Shown here: one piece after another, positions 26,138-39,996 of the stretch
Layout of the letters: each line of letters begins with the position of its first letter
Numbering within the stretch: the first letter of the stretch is position 1
Assembly (NCBI RefSeq): GCF_026210795.1
Contig: NC_089429.1
Span: 3,286,001 to 3,350,000, forward strand
Reading direction: 5' to 3'
DNA length: 64,000 nt
Origin: Rhizophagus irregularis
Taxonomy: Eukaryota
Position numbers and translations under genes: made by a program
The notes under the pieces: generated by a model
Databases searched by the model: none
What the model was told of the DNA's origin: nothing
Seen by the model: the letters and a program-made list of their open reading frames with translations, nothing else

Positions 26138-29100
26138 ATGTTTACAAAAATTAGAAATAAGGTACCCTGTTACTGTAAATCATGCAATGGAAAATTAGTG
26201 GAGGAAAGGACGAGAAAGAGACACGCAGAATTAGAAGCTTAATATTTCCAGATTTGTCCGCTCAGCACATATAAATATGTCCTTTCCTAATCCTAAACCT
26301 AACGAAACTCCTGACCAATATGTCACAATGGAAATCGATGAATCTATTATTATAGAAGGATCATCAGGAAAAGTAGTAAACTCGGAAAAAGATTCGGCTG
26401 AACAAGAATTAAGAAATTTACCCGAGGTTGATAATTATGAACCCGATTTTGAATATACCTCTCAAAAAAGGTGAAGACAAGACAAGTTTCAAGAACCTGA
26501 AGCTGATCAGAATAATGAAAATCCAGGCGATGATGATGATGGTGAAAGTGAAAGCGGTATTTCTCTAGATGATGATGTCACGTTTTTGAGTGATAATGAA
26601 ACTCCAGTTGAACAATTCACTGCCCTGACTTCGACAATAATTCAGAATTTGTATATCCTAATACAAATATTAATTACGCAGATTCTTGGATACTGATATG
26701 GATATATAAGTATCAATCAAGATTTCGCTTGTCGGACGTTGCAATAGATTCCTTGATCAAGTTTTTTCAGCAAATATTAATGGATGCTAATCAGGCGAGA
26801 TTCAAAAATTTCCCATCTTCTTTATATACTGCGAGTAAGTTGTTACAAGTCGGCAACCAATCAAAAACTTACGCAGTATGTCCAAGTTGTAATAGTTTGT
26901 ATAATATTGCTGAAGTTGTGGCAGAAGAAGGATCCAAATGCACACATGTAGAGTTTTCAATGCAATTAAAAGGAAAACCTTGTGGAATGGAATTAACCAT
27001 GCAAGCCCCGCTTGGTAATAGAAATAAAAATCGTCCGAAATTGTTATTTCCCTTGCCGAGTTTGAAGTTACAAATAAACAGTTTGTACCAACGATCAGGA
27101 ATCCAGCAGCAATTAAGAAAATGGACCAATCGGCACGTTGATAATGGTATGCTAACGGATATTTACGATGGTAAAATCTGAAAAAGTTTTTCTGACATTT
27201 CAGGCGCTCCATATTTTACACCAGAAACTGCAGATTCTCACTTGGGAATTATGATCAATCTTGACTGGTTTCAGCCCTTTGAATCGTCCGCATACAGTTG
27301 TGGGGCGATATATGGAGTGGTTTGTAACCTACCACGTGAAATTAGATTCAAAAAAGAAAATATGTTGACGCTTGGTCTACTACTAGGACCGAACGAAGTT
27401 AGGTTACACAAAATTAACCATTACCTCTTCCCGATTGTCGATGAATTATTAGAGTTCTGGAATGGAATTGAAATTCCTGCCGCTGAAAGAAAAATCTGAT
27501 TAGCATTAATATGCTGTTCAAATGATATTCCTGCAGCGAGGAAGTTCTGTAGTCATATATCTGCATCAGTTAGTTGTCATAGGTGCTATAAAAGAGCAAA
27601 TTCAATTTCAAATAAATTAAATTTTGGCGGCTTTGATGATATGAGTGAGTGGTTCGTAGAGAGAAATTTACTGAAACATCGGCAGGATGCTGAGAATTGG
27701 AGGTTATGTAAATCCTAAGAAAAAAGAAAACGTCAAGTAAGTTTGACTTCTATCAGATGGACCGAATTACTTCGATTGCCGTATTTCAATCTAATAAGGC
27801 ATCTTATCATAGATCTAATGCATTGTTTATTCTTCGGAATAGCCCATTAGATAATTAAAAAATTATGGATTGATGGTAATAAGATCACCAAACATGACCT
27901 AGAATTAATGGAAAAACGAGCAAAAATCATAAAAATACCTGCAGATTTGGGTAGAATTCCAAATAAAATCATAACCGGAGATGGATTTTCTGGATTTACG
28001 GCTAATCAATGGAAATCATTTATTCTAATTTATGCTATCCCATTGATGTGGGATTTGCTCAATGAACCAGATCGAAAAATTTTGGGAAATTTTGTTAGGG
28101 CTTGTACTCTATTAATTTGTCGAATTATTGATGATAAGACATTAAGTGAAGCTCATGAACATTTGCTCAAAGTTGCAATGTTAATTGAAGAAAATTATGG
28201 TCCAGAAAGGATTACTCCAAATTTCTATTTATGTCTTCATATTGCTGATTGTTGCCGGGATTATGGACCATTATATTCATTTTGGTGTTATTCTTTTGAA
28301 AGAATGAATGGAATCCTGGGTAGGTCATTATGATGATTGTTCAATTATTTTAACTTAATATTAATCATTTTTAAATAAAATATCAACAGGCTCTTTTCCT
28401 AACAGTCATCGCCAAATTGAACCCGAACTTCTACGTATCATCATGCAGCATTGGAGACTTGATGACCTTATATCCGTTCAATCAAATAACACTAAGCTTG
28501 TTGAAGCTTTAAAGCTAATAAAGCCACGGGCAACTTCCAGAAGTTTAGCAGCCTATGATAATTTTGAATTTTCTGAGCTGTGTCAATATAGGAAAATTTT
28601 TGTTCAAGAAGTTGATGATACAATTGTCGGTAATGAGCCATTTTCTGGTGAAATGCTCACACCACGTAGAATTCAGGTTGATTTACCTGATAATATTTAT
28701 CAAATCCTGACCGATTATTATAGTAATGATTACGACTTACAATTTACAACAATTGCCGATTCGATATCATCCAGTTCAAGGGACTCGATTGTTGTACCAA
28801 ATATGATTAATCAGTTTGGCCATGTCCAAATTGCAGCAGAAATTATCAGATCAGCGATGTCATCCCGATACTTGAAAAATGCGTGTATTTTGGCAAAGTT
28901 TATCCAAGAAAACTGAGGAAATGAAACAACAGACTTATTTCCTGGCCAGGTTCAATATTATTTTGAGCATACTATCACGATATCAGGTGAATCTAAAACT
29001 CATCGATTGGCATTCGTCAGATGGTACAGACTGGCACCAAACTGACTTATACGATTTTATACAAATATCGATGAGAATGATAAAAGTTCAAATATTGAAC

Positions 29101-29255
29101 TTTGGCAAAATGATTTTTATGATATAAGCCGAGACTGTATAATTCCAATTCATTACATATATAGCCGATTTGTATCTAGTGAATTTGTAACTGGTAAAAA
29201 GAAGCTCGTCGCATATAAAGCTGTAATACCAATAAATAGACAATTTCATTTATAA
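26138..29255 (+). pseudogene. CACTA/EnSpm (Tnp2/Plavaka-like) transposase pseudogene of element C
   Basis: Motifs CYCKSC, YAVCPSC, DIYDGKI, NLDWFQPF, NLPREIRFKKEN, DIPAARK, MHCLFFG, GRIP, FTANQW, HLCLH-like, FWCYSFERMNGILG. Many stops and frameshifts; intron at ~28320-28389. Confidence 0.9.
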
Positions 29256-29769
29256 TAAATTTAAAATATAATTAAGTTTATAATAAAATAATATTTATTA
29301 AATCGCCAGTATGTTCATTTAGTTCTGAAACTCTTTCATTTCTCCTTTTTAATAAGTCTATATTTTGTCATGGTGCAAGTTATATAGACCTTTTTTGCCA
29401 AGTGCGTAAAAAAAAAAAAACTTAGGCAAAATCTCTAGTAAATTTAATTTAAAAGGAAATTTTGTGAAAAATTTTATTAAACTGATCATTGTCCAAAGAA
29501 AAAAAGTTAATTATTTATTGTTAAAAATTATTAAATGAAATGTTGTAATGTGTTATAAGAAATATAACATATGATAATAAACTTACTGATAAATGAATAA
29601 AATCAGATATAATATTGAACGGATATTAGTATTGTAAATCAATTTTTTAATTTTAATTTCTCGCAATAAACCTTTGACCAGAATTTTACTCATAGAGTGA
29701 ATATAGATAAAGAATTCATACCGATTTGCTGCTACCAATGGTACTATTAATGATGAGGTATATTTGAGA

Positions 29770-29911
29770 AACTCCGTTAAAATGAGCCTTTCGCGGATCC
29801 ATTCACGGAAAATGAAAATAATTCGATAAATTCCGTTATTTAATTCCGGAAATATGAGTCTTTTACGGAAAAAAGGTGGAATATAAAAAACAGATCGACC
29901 TTTTTATAGGG
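29770..29911. mobile_element. Possible orphan end of a PIF/Harbinger-type element
   Basis: Ends ...cagatcgacctttttataggg|tta, resembling the termini and TTA TSD of the MITE at 54485-54683. No partner end found. Confidence 0.35.
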
Positions 29912-30370
29912 TTACCTAAAATGAAGAGAAAAAAAGTAGCTTTCACCCATATGCTTGCCAATAGTTATTGATTGTTGAACCATTGTATCCGAATAGAATG
30001 GTTACCATTATTTGAGTTTTGGGCTTAGTCGACACATTCGACGGAGGGATTATTATTTACGGAACTAGTATTACCTAAAAAGGGAGTTGTTTCCAAGAGT
30101 TAGTGAAACTGCGTTACCCATATGCTGATCGATAGTTGTTGAACTGAAAATGTTGAACTGTTGTATTCGAATAGAATGGGAATACAATGCAAAAAGCTAA
30201 GTAAGACTTATCCTTTGGATCCACAAGACCGGTATTTTAGCTGAGCGTTAACCCTGCAGGAACTTACCATTATTGGCTTCTTGAACTTAATACAAACGTA
30301 TAGCCCATCTTCGCTGCCCTCGTAAACCTTTCTTTATACGACTATTAAAACTTTATTTGCCGCGCTTACA

Positions 30371-31636
30371 GATATCTTACTTTTTATACTTCCAGATCTT
30401 ATAAATCGACGTGTTATTAATCCTGATAATCCAATTATTAATTTATGAATATCTGGTGATGGGAAAAACGTAGGACGTAAGGTTAAACATGTGATTATTA
30501 CATGTGTAATATTAGATGATATTACGAACCTGCATAAATCTGATTATCATTATACAATTATTTTATATCCAGGAACTGAAAATTACGAATTACTACAAAG
30601 AATGATAGAACCAATATCTAACGAATTAAATGATTTGGTATTGAATGGATTAAGAGATTCAAATGGTACAATATGGACAATCAATCCATATTTTAGTAGT
30701 GATTGGAAATTTATGGCAATTGTACTTGGCTTTAATGCTCCCAATTCAAAACATTTTTGCCCTTGGTGCCTTTGTACAAAAGAGAATATTGGAAATAAAC
30801 ACAAGGTTTGTGTTATTGAAAAAACTATGGATCAAATTAAGTTAAAGCCACCACCAGGGCATGTTAAATCTCCTTTACTTCAAATGATTCCTTTAAGTCA
30901 CTATGTTCCAGACGAGTTATACATAATGTTGCGAATTTGGGATAGGTTATAGGATTTAATACTACAAGAACTCAAAACACAAAATCAATTTAATGATTTA
31001 GCAAGAGCAAAGATTCTTGCCAAAATGCGTAGGATTTCAATTTTATTCAATTTTTGGCAGGAACAGGGAACGCAAAATTGGTCTTATACATCTTTAATGG
31101 GAGGAGATAAGGAAAAAGTATTAAAAAACTTTAATTTTCGAGTTGTTTTTGCTGAAGAACGTGCATTTTTAATCAACCAATTATGGAGAAATTTTTATGA
31201 ACTTTATAATAATATGAAATCTCAAAAAATTAATCCAAGTCACTTTGCAGACCAGGCAAAGCAATGGTTAGATTTGTTTCTTACTCCCTTCCAAGGTAAG
31301 CCCAATACTATTACTTTCAAGATGGGTTTATATCGTTCAAAAGATGTAACACCTTACATGCATGTTTTAGTTCACCATTTACCCGAATTTATGGAACAAC
31401 ATCAGAAGTTTGGATTAAGTGCTTTTTCATGTGCTCCTGTTAAAAAAAAAAATCACGATCAAGTTTCTGCATTTTTTCGAAAAACAATGAAAGATGGCGG
31501 AAAGGGTATAGAAAGAAAATCAGCTATTTTTGAGATTTTACATTATGAAAATAGATCGTTATATTTTGCTCAAAAGGGTACTATAGATAAATACTTCAAA
31601 CCACAACATATTCACGTTAAAAAATTAAAAAAATAA
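30371..31636 (+). pseudogene. RAG1/Transib/Chapaev-like DDE transposase, 5'-truncated pseudogene
   Basis: Motifs ISGDGKNVG, SSDWKF, FCPWC, VPDEL(Y)IMLRI, YTSLMG, TPYMHVLVHH and FSCAPV(K)KKNH. In-frame stops at ~30446 and ~30950. The expected His and catalytic Glu appear substituted. Confidence 0.7.
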
Positions 31637-31759
31637 AATTCATGTATGTACAAAAAATATTTTTTTTGTTTTATTCATGTACAGTAAATACAATACATAA
31701 TAAATTCTAAAACTCTATTTTAGTTTTTCTAATGAATATGTTATATACATCTATGATAA

Positions 31760-32461
31760 TCAGATTTGTTGTGCACAAAATTTTAAATTAATATATCCTG
31801 CCGAAGTTCTATTATTTTTTGCATCTTCTTTACTTTTCTTATATTTCCACTCAACCGTTAATTTAGGCAAGTTAAATCTTTTTAGCCTATTTTTTAGAAC
31901 CCGATTACCATGTTGATCAGAAAGACTTTCTTGATTAGCATCTGCTTCAGCCTGCGCATCAAATAACACAACAAAAGTTTGCTAGTTATTATTAAAAAAT
32001 TTGCGTCTCCAATTTGGATTATTAAATAAATTAGCTACTTGTGTATACATGTCTGGACCTTGGAAAAAACATTTATAACTACCAGTCCTATAGTTATAAT
32101 AATGAATATAACCTTCAAAGACTCCAAAAAATAAACTTTTCAGACAAGGTAAAGAAATAGTTTGTCTACCCGACTTAGAAAAATGATCTTTTAGTTTACC
32201 TTGAATAACGTGAACAAGCTGTGCTTTGAACTCGTTTATTGCTTCTAGAGGTAATGTATACAACCCTTCATGCCGCGTATTGTATTTTTGTACAATAGTT
32301 TTATGTCGTGTTAAACCAGATTTACTTCTGTATAAAGCCTTACAAACCGTACATTCATGTAAAGTGAAGGAAGTAGTTGGTGAAGAAAGTGGAGTGGGAA
32401 TAGGATTTATTTGATTACTTTGATAGAAACTTTGAGAAAAGAAATTAACAAAAGTGTACAT
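31760..32461 (-). pseudogene. Zinc-finger-like protein convergent with the RAG1-like transposase (one internal stop)
   Basis: HECTVCKALYRSKSGLTRH motif. ORFs 31982-32461 and 31760-31969 are in the same frame and separated by one stop. Confidence 0.55.
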
Positions 32462-35136
32462 TTTTTTTGCAAAAAAAAATATTTAAAAAATTATATAAAA
32501 TAGCAATGAAAACTTTTAGCAATTTCAATATTCTTACTTGTCAAAAACACTTGGTCAAAGGTTGGAACAATTGGTTTGGTGTCAGAACGATTGGTTAGAC
32601 ATTAAAATACGTTAAAATACATTAGAACGATTGGTTTAATCATAAAAAATTTTTTCTCCTCGTGTATTAAGGCAATACTTGCATCAGCTGATAAACCAAG
32701 TCGCAAATCACAGCTGCAGAAATCAGCTGATCAGTGGCCTTAAAAAAGGCCCAATTACAATAATACGCGCATATGATCACAATTAAGATCAAATTACATT
32801 ATAATTATGCGTAGAAAAGTGGTATATTTTTTTACATAAATAAGGCAATTATTGAATTTTTTTTATTTATCTTTTTAACCCAATTTTTCATCATAATAAA
32901 TCAATTTTTCATCTATAATAAATGGCCAACCTTAATATTTTAAACGTCAACATAAATAACGTACTTTCTAACTGGCCACCAAAGCATTAATTAGGTAAAT
33001 TTGTATAAATCTTATAATAAAAAAAATGGAAAGTTAAAATAGTAACTTTATTTATATTAATTAGATACTGGCGCTTATATCATGATGTTTTTGAGAATCG
33101 TTCAATCCAAGATTATTCAATAATATGGGCAAGAATAGCAAAGAGAATAAGTAACAATTATAACTTTATTGTGACCCAAAATTATTGTCGCAATAAATGG
33201 AGGGCGTTAAAAAGAGGTGAATCTTTTACCATTTGTAATTAATTTGTGAATATTAGTAAATACTTTATTAATATATTTAATTAATAATAGATTTTGAAAA
33301 TCTGACCAGGATAAATAATGGTTTGTATATTTGAGGTTAACGTTAAATTTCTCAAACAATTCACATAAAACCAATTTTATTTATTTTAGGGAATCCTGAT
33401 AGTCACCTGATCCACTCTCCCAACAATTACAATATTCACTTTATTAATGAATTAAGCGATGAATTCTGGCTGCAAATTAGTAATTAATTCGATCTTAATT
33501 ATGATACTTTGTATATACACTGGTCAAAATTGATGCTATCGGGTACATATCGGGTACCTATATATCAGTGACTAATCAGATACATATCGGACATTTATTA
33601 CATATCGGGTACCCGATATGTAACATATCAAATATGCCTAAAAATCAGATTTCCGATATCTAAACGATTAGTCACTGATATGTAACACTGAATCAATCTT
33701 ACACATATCGGGTACCAATATGCAAAATATTTATTTATTGTATTTGTATTATATAATTCAAAGAGGTATATTAAAATTATTACTAAAAAAAGTATTTTAA
33801 TATTAAAGATAATCGTTTATTCATATAAAACCCCTTATTTTCAATTTTTTTTTATTTTTTCTGATATCACGAATAACTGACGAAAATATTAAAAATATAC
33901 ATATTTTATTTTAAAATTAATTGGATTGAATGTTCAAATTAATCTTACATACAACTTTATTTTAATCAATTCGTATAAATGCCAATTGATAAGAATAACC
34001 TAATAAAAGTATTTAATCATAATATTTAATTATTTTTATGTTTTTTTACCCCCTTTTTTTGCTTTTTTTGTTTTTTTTATTTTTTATTTTTTTATTTTCA
34101 TATTCATCGTTATGATATTCGTCACTTTCTTCATCTTGATCAGTATTATAATCATATGTTGGAATTTCATTTGTTGAACGATTAAATCTTTTAAGAGCCT
34201 CGTCGGTCAGACACCAATTTGGTGTATCCACTGGAGGCATACTTGTTGTTGTTTTACATCTTTGAACTCTTTTAATTTTAGAATTCGAGGTTTTTTCCTC
34301 AGTTTTTCAACGGTCGGATCAATCCGATCATGTAATAAACGCTGAAGCTTTAATAAATAATTACTATTAATAAATAAAATAAATAAAATAATCATAAATA
34401 TATAGTACATACTGCAGAAGAACGCCACCATGTTTTATATATATGAATTGACATTGTTTTTTCTTTAACAGCAGATTCTTCACCAATTATATCATTTTCT
34501 TCATCAGAATCAGTTTCCTCCCACTCCTCTGAATGATAACCAGATTCCTTAAGAATTCGTACAAGCTCCTTCTCCGGGTATCTACGAATGTATTTATCAT
34601 TATTTTCTATTAAATAGTTTGCCGCTTGAGCTCTTCTTTTTTTTTTCTATAATAATAAATAATTATAAAATTAAATAAAATTAACTAAATTCCCACTTCA
34701 TATTAATAAAATGGTTACTAATGTCCATAGTTCTTGAATTCTTCTTTAATCTCCTCCTATCCATTTTCACTTTGTCATCTCTTTGCTTCTTTATATTGCT
34801 TACACGATGGCGTGAACACCAACGTCCATGTAACATCTTTAAGATATCACTATTCGAAACATTATACTTTTTGTTGACTAACTTATAAAGCGGTGGAAGT
34901 AATTTTGTAATTATATTTTCTTTTTCTTTCAACCACGTACGATCGCTATCGATCTCATATATATCCTTAAATTCAGAATCTACCCAGATAAAGACTTCTT
35001 TCTATAAATAATAAATAAACGTAAATATTTGGGAAAATTCAATGACAGATAATAAAAAAATACTTACTTTAATTGTTCGATACATATTTTGATTCAAATG
35101 AATAGCATTGTCTGACAAGGATGAAGATGAATAGGT

Positions 35137-35712
35137 TGTAATAACTGAAAATATAATAAATAAATGACGCAGTAAATCCTGTGGCGCAGTAGGTCACATG
35201 ATATGGTTACACAAGAAGAAATGGTTGGGAATACAAAAGTCACGTGACAAGTCACATGGCGCAGTAAATGACGGATAAACATTTAGCCGATGGATAAATA
35301 ATTAGCCAATAAAATTATATTTATAGTTTAGTTTAGTGTAACAAGAAAGTCATATGATAATACATCTTTTATTTCTTATTATTCTTAGAATTTTGATAGA
35401 GAGAAAGAGTAGTAGATAGTAGAAATGATTTTCTTAAAATGTATAAATACAAGTGGATTTCGATAGGAAATTCCGCAGTTCAATTTTTGAAAAAAAAATA
35501 AAATTTTTAATTCGCCTTTAATAAAAACTAACACATTCTTTTTGCCTTTTTCTTATGAGTAAAAAGTGCCACATTAATTATTTTAATTAATGGTTTATTA
35601 ATGTTTTGTAACTAAATTTTATTTTAAACCAAGCATAGATATTATACGAACTCAACACGTCGGTGGCAACATACGATATTTTATCTTAATATCCTATGGG
35701 CGGCGTGTCACA
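35137..35712 (+). repeat. 5' LTR (576 bp)
   Basis: Direct repeat of 43510-44085; two differences found by eye. Confidence 0.97.
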
Positions 35713-35822
35713 TTTTTGGTGCATGCTCACGAGAAAATAAAAGATTGTTGTCTTCATACAAAATCTAAATAAGAAATAAAAGAAAAGTATATGAGAAAAT
35801 GAAAGAAAAAATTTGTAAAATT

Positions 35823-35998
35823 GATAAGAAAGGAAAGATGATATGAGAAATCATCAAAGAAATATAAGAAAGGAAAGATGATATGAGAAATCATCAAAGA
35901 AATATAAGAAAGGAAAGATGATATGAGAAATCATCAAAGAAATATAAGAAAGGAAGGATGATATGTAAAATCATCAAAGAAATGATAAGATAAGGAAG
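35823..35998 (+). repeat. 40-bp tandem repeat (~4 copies) in the Gypsy leader
   Basis: ataagaaaggaaagatgatatgagaaatcatcaaagaaat repeated. Confidence 0.9.
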
Positions 35999-36659
35999 AC
36001 TTATCTGAAATATGAGAAAAATGTTACTATATATGAAAAAGGATATAGTAAAAGTAATATTATGAAAAAGGAATATTACGGAATATATGAGAAATGAAAT
36101 ATACGATATATTGAAAAAGTATATATCAAAAAGATGAATGAAATATTCAAGATAAAAAGAAAAAGATTTAAAAATTGAATGAAAATAAAAATTTATAATA
36201 AGAAAATATTAATGAATTATAAAATGAAATGCGAGAAATAAAATAATATGAAATAGATTTGAAATAAATATTTTGGAAGTTAATATAAGAAAAAGATTAA
36301 AAGTCATTAAAAGTTTAATGTTGTGTATGGAACTGGGAGGACCCAGTATAAATAAGCCTTTGTTGTTGATCATATTAGTCTGACACTGGGCGGCCCCAGT
36401 TATAAATAATCCCTAGCCCTTGATCGCAGTTTATTTGCGCAAGATATAGAAAGTTTATAAAATCGTGATTATAGATTATAAATTATATTATAGAATGTAT
36501 AAAGAAATTATAGAATCAAAGCTGGAACTTTGAAAATATTAAAATTTAAATTGTATTTTAAAAGAAGTAAAAGATAAAATAGTAATTTAAATGATGATAA
36601 AAATTTTATAAAATATAAATAAAAGTGAAATTATGAAATGTTTAAATAAATAAAAAAAA

Positions 36660-39600
36660 ATGTCTGATATATATGATGAGTTAGAAGAGATTAAGAATAG
36701 ACATGAAATAGAGAAACATAATGAACTAAGAAAGGAATATCAAGTAGACCCTTCATGTCTAAAATGTTATAGTACTGATGAAATAGAGATAGGAGATTGG
36801 TTTAAAAGATTTTGGAAGATTTTTCAAAAAGTAATATTAGAAGCGATGAGTTATAACAGAAATACATATATGAAATTAATGGAGTACATAGTACTAACAA
36901 AAAAGGATGAGGAAGAAAGTTATTCATCTAGTAGAAAGAAAAGAAATAAAGAATTTGAGAAAATAAGAAAAGAAGGAGAAAAACTGTTAGATATAGTTGT
37001 AAGGTCAATTAGGTATAGGAATAAACCAGATTATAGAAAAATAGGAATTATATCGGTAATAAAAGTAATATGTGAACATTACATACTGAGTGAAGATAAT
37101 GAGTATATATTAGACGACCGAACAGAAGAAAATTTATTAGGAAATAAGGAATTGTTAACATATAGATATATTATAGAAGATAACGAATTAGATATAAGAT
37201 TTGCAAAATTTGAAGAATGGTTAGAAAAAATAGAATCAGTAACTATTAAGAATAAAGGATATGGTACTATGAAAAATTTTAAAGAAATATTACATTTAGA
37301 AGAAAATATTGCAGAAGAAGAAAATAGAGAGAAAATCAAGAAGTTTCAGAAAAGTATAACATATCAATGGTGGGATGGAAATAAATATCCAAAACCATGG
37401 ATGAATGATGATTTAACAGATAAGATAATAGAGAAAATTGTAGAAACAAAAGGTTTTGTTGAAGAACAAAGTGACGTAGGAGAACTAGAAAGTTCAGATG
37501 ATTTAGGAGAATCAAGTTCAAATGAAGGAGATGAACATATAGAAAGAATATACAGAAATTATTGGTTAGAGAATGGTTATGAAATTGATATTGAAGAAAT
37601 AAGACGAATAATAAATTTTAAAGTAGAATATGAAATAATAAAAACTAAAGAATTTATGAGTTTTTACAAAACTATTGAAGAATTAGATGATAAAGGAATA
37701 GAAGAAGAATTAAGAATATGGCATTATATGTATACAATAGAATGTCCAACGTGTAATAAAATAATATTAAAGAAAGAAGCAATAGAAGCGGTAGAATACA
37801 ACAAAGAATTTATAGAAAGAATATGTAAAAGTTGTTATGAAAAAGAATTAGAAAATGTAAAAGATGAGAATGAATTAGATGATGAAACAGAAATAGAGAA
37901 AAGACTAGAACAGTTAAAAAATCTAATCAAAGTTTTAGAAATTGAAGTTTCCGATGGAGAATTATTAAGATTAATGAGTATGGGATATAGAAATGTTGAT
38001 ATATTAAGTGCAGACTTTATAAGAAAATTTCAAGAATATAAAAATGAATCAGAAAAAGAAATAAAGAGAATATTAGACGAATATTTAAAGAAATTTGAAA
38101 TTGAAGAAAGTGAAGAAGAAGTTGAAGAAGAAAATGATGATACAGATAATTCGGAAAAGATTGGAGAAATATTAGATCCAGAAGAATATGAGATTCGGGA
38201 AGAAAATACTGAAGATTTTAATAAAAATGAATTTGAGAATGAAAATGAAAATGTTATAAATACAGGAGGTTTTGGTTTGAATCAAAATTCAGATTCGAAT
38301 AATTTATTGAATATTAAAGATTCTGATAACGAAAGTGAAATATCTGATTATAATTTACAAGATTTATTTCAAGAAAATATATTATTAAATATGGCAACAG
38401 AAGCACAAATAAGAAGAATAGTAGAAAATGTTACAGGACTCGCACCTAATGCATTAGATAATGCATTAGGAGCAGGACAAACTTTATTAGATAGAATTCA
38501 AACTGCAGGAATGGGAGGAATAGTAGGTATGCCAACTTTTAGTGGAAAAGAAGATGAAGATGTTAACGATTGGATTAGACAATTTGAAGTAGCATTTACA
38601 GTAAGTGGAAGAACAGAAGGAAATGTTGGAGGAGGTGTATGTAGTCAAAATAAAGCAAATGTAGCAATAACATGTTTAAGAGGAACCGCATTACAATGGT
38701 ATAATGAAGAAAAAGAAAGAGTAGCAGCTAATTTAGTAAACTGGTGTGATCATAACGATGATAGAAATTTGAAAAACAAATTAATTAATAGATTTACTAG
38801 AGAAGATGTTAAAAGAAGAAAAATGATGGAATTGACAAGAACTAAACAAGAAAAAAAATGAAAGTGTTGAAGAGTATACTAGAAGATTTAGATCAATATT
38901 AAGAATTGCAACTAGAGGTCAAGCATTACATGATATGTATCAAGTAAATTATTATATTCAAGGGTTAGAACCTACATTAGGGTACCAAGTTAGAAGAAGT
39001 AGTCCAACGAATTTAAATGATGCAATTAATACAGCAAGAAGAGAAGAAGAAGCTAAAAATGAATTGATAATGAAAACAACAGGTGTAAATATAGAACAAA
39101 TAAGACAGGAAAAGAATATAGAAGAAATTTTAAAAGAAGAAACGAATAAAAAAGAAGAGAATGAAATATATAAGAAAATGCAAAAACCAGTTAATGAAAA
39201 AGATATTGATGAATTAAGTAAAGCGTTAGAACAGTTCAGAGCAGAAAAAATAGCTATGGAAGAAACGTTAAATGAAATAAAAAATCAACAAAGAAGAAAT
39301 ATAAATAGAAATACAAATACAAGAAATGCAAGGATCATGAGATGCTATGAATGCAATGAAGTAGGTCATATAAGACCAGAATGTCCACAATTAAGACAAA
39401 GAAATAATTATAGAACGCAAAATAATTTTAATAGGAATAATAATGAAAGAAGAAATAATAATAATAATAATAGAAATATAAATTTAATGGATCACGAAAG
39501 ATATTATGATAATAATAGATATAATGATAATGAATATTATAATAATCACGAAATATATAATTATGAAAAAGAAATATTTCCAACTTTAAGAAGTGGTAGA

Positions 39601-39996
39601 AAATATGGAAGAGATTTAGATAATGACTATAATGAAATGGAAATTGAAGATGTCCCAATACCACCAAAAAGAGAATATGATATGAAAATGGATATTGATG
39701 GTGAAAGAAAAGGAGGATTTTCTAATAAAGAAGATAGAGATAAAGCATATCAATCAAGAAGAAGACATAACCGATGTGAAAGATGTGGAGTAACAGGTCA
39801 TTTTATAAGAGAATGTCCAAACCCAGGAATGAAAAGAGGAAATAAAAATATTAGAGTACGAGTTAATGTACCACCAGAAAAATATGTAATGGATATGTAT
39901 AATGAAAAAGCGAATATAACATATGGACAAATTTACAATGAAAATCCAAAATTTAGAAGAATAGCTAGAAATTATAATGAAGATGATAATGCATGA
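36660..39996 (+). CDS. gag: Gag with ~577-aa acidic N-terminal extension; one-base frameshift in the A-run at 38851-38858
   Basis: PTFSGKEDEDVNDWIRQFE, LRGTALQWY, Q..ESVEEYTRRF and YYIQGL capsid motifs; two CCHC knuckles (CYECNEVGHIRPEC, CERCGVTGHFIREC). Confidence 0.85.

Noticed and set aside
32700..32775. RSS-like heptamer/nonamer at the end of the RAG1-like element
   Set aside because: No CACAGTG plus 12/23 spacer plus ACAAAAACC arrangement found.
35717..35735. Assignment of the PBS to a specific tRNA
   Set aside because: It starts with TGG but is not the initiator-Met pattern, and cannot be assigned without the organism's tRNA set.
38851..38858. Programmed frameshift inside gag
   Set aside because: It lies mid-capsid in an A8 run, needs a +1 correction and has no obvious stimulator; slippage or sequencing error is more likely.
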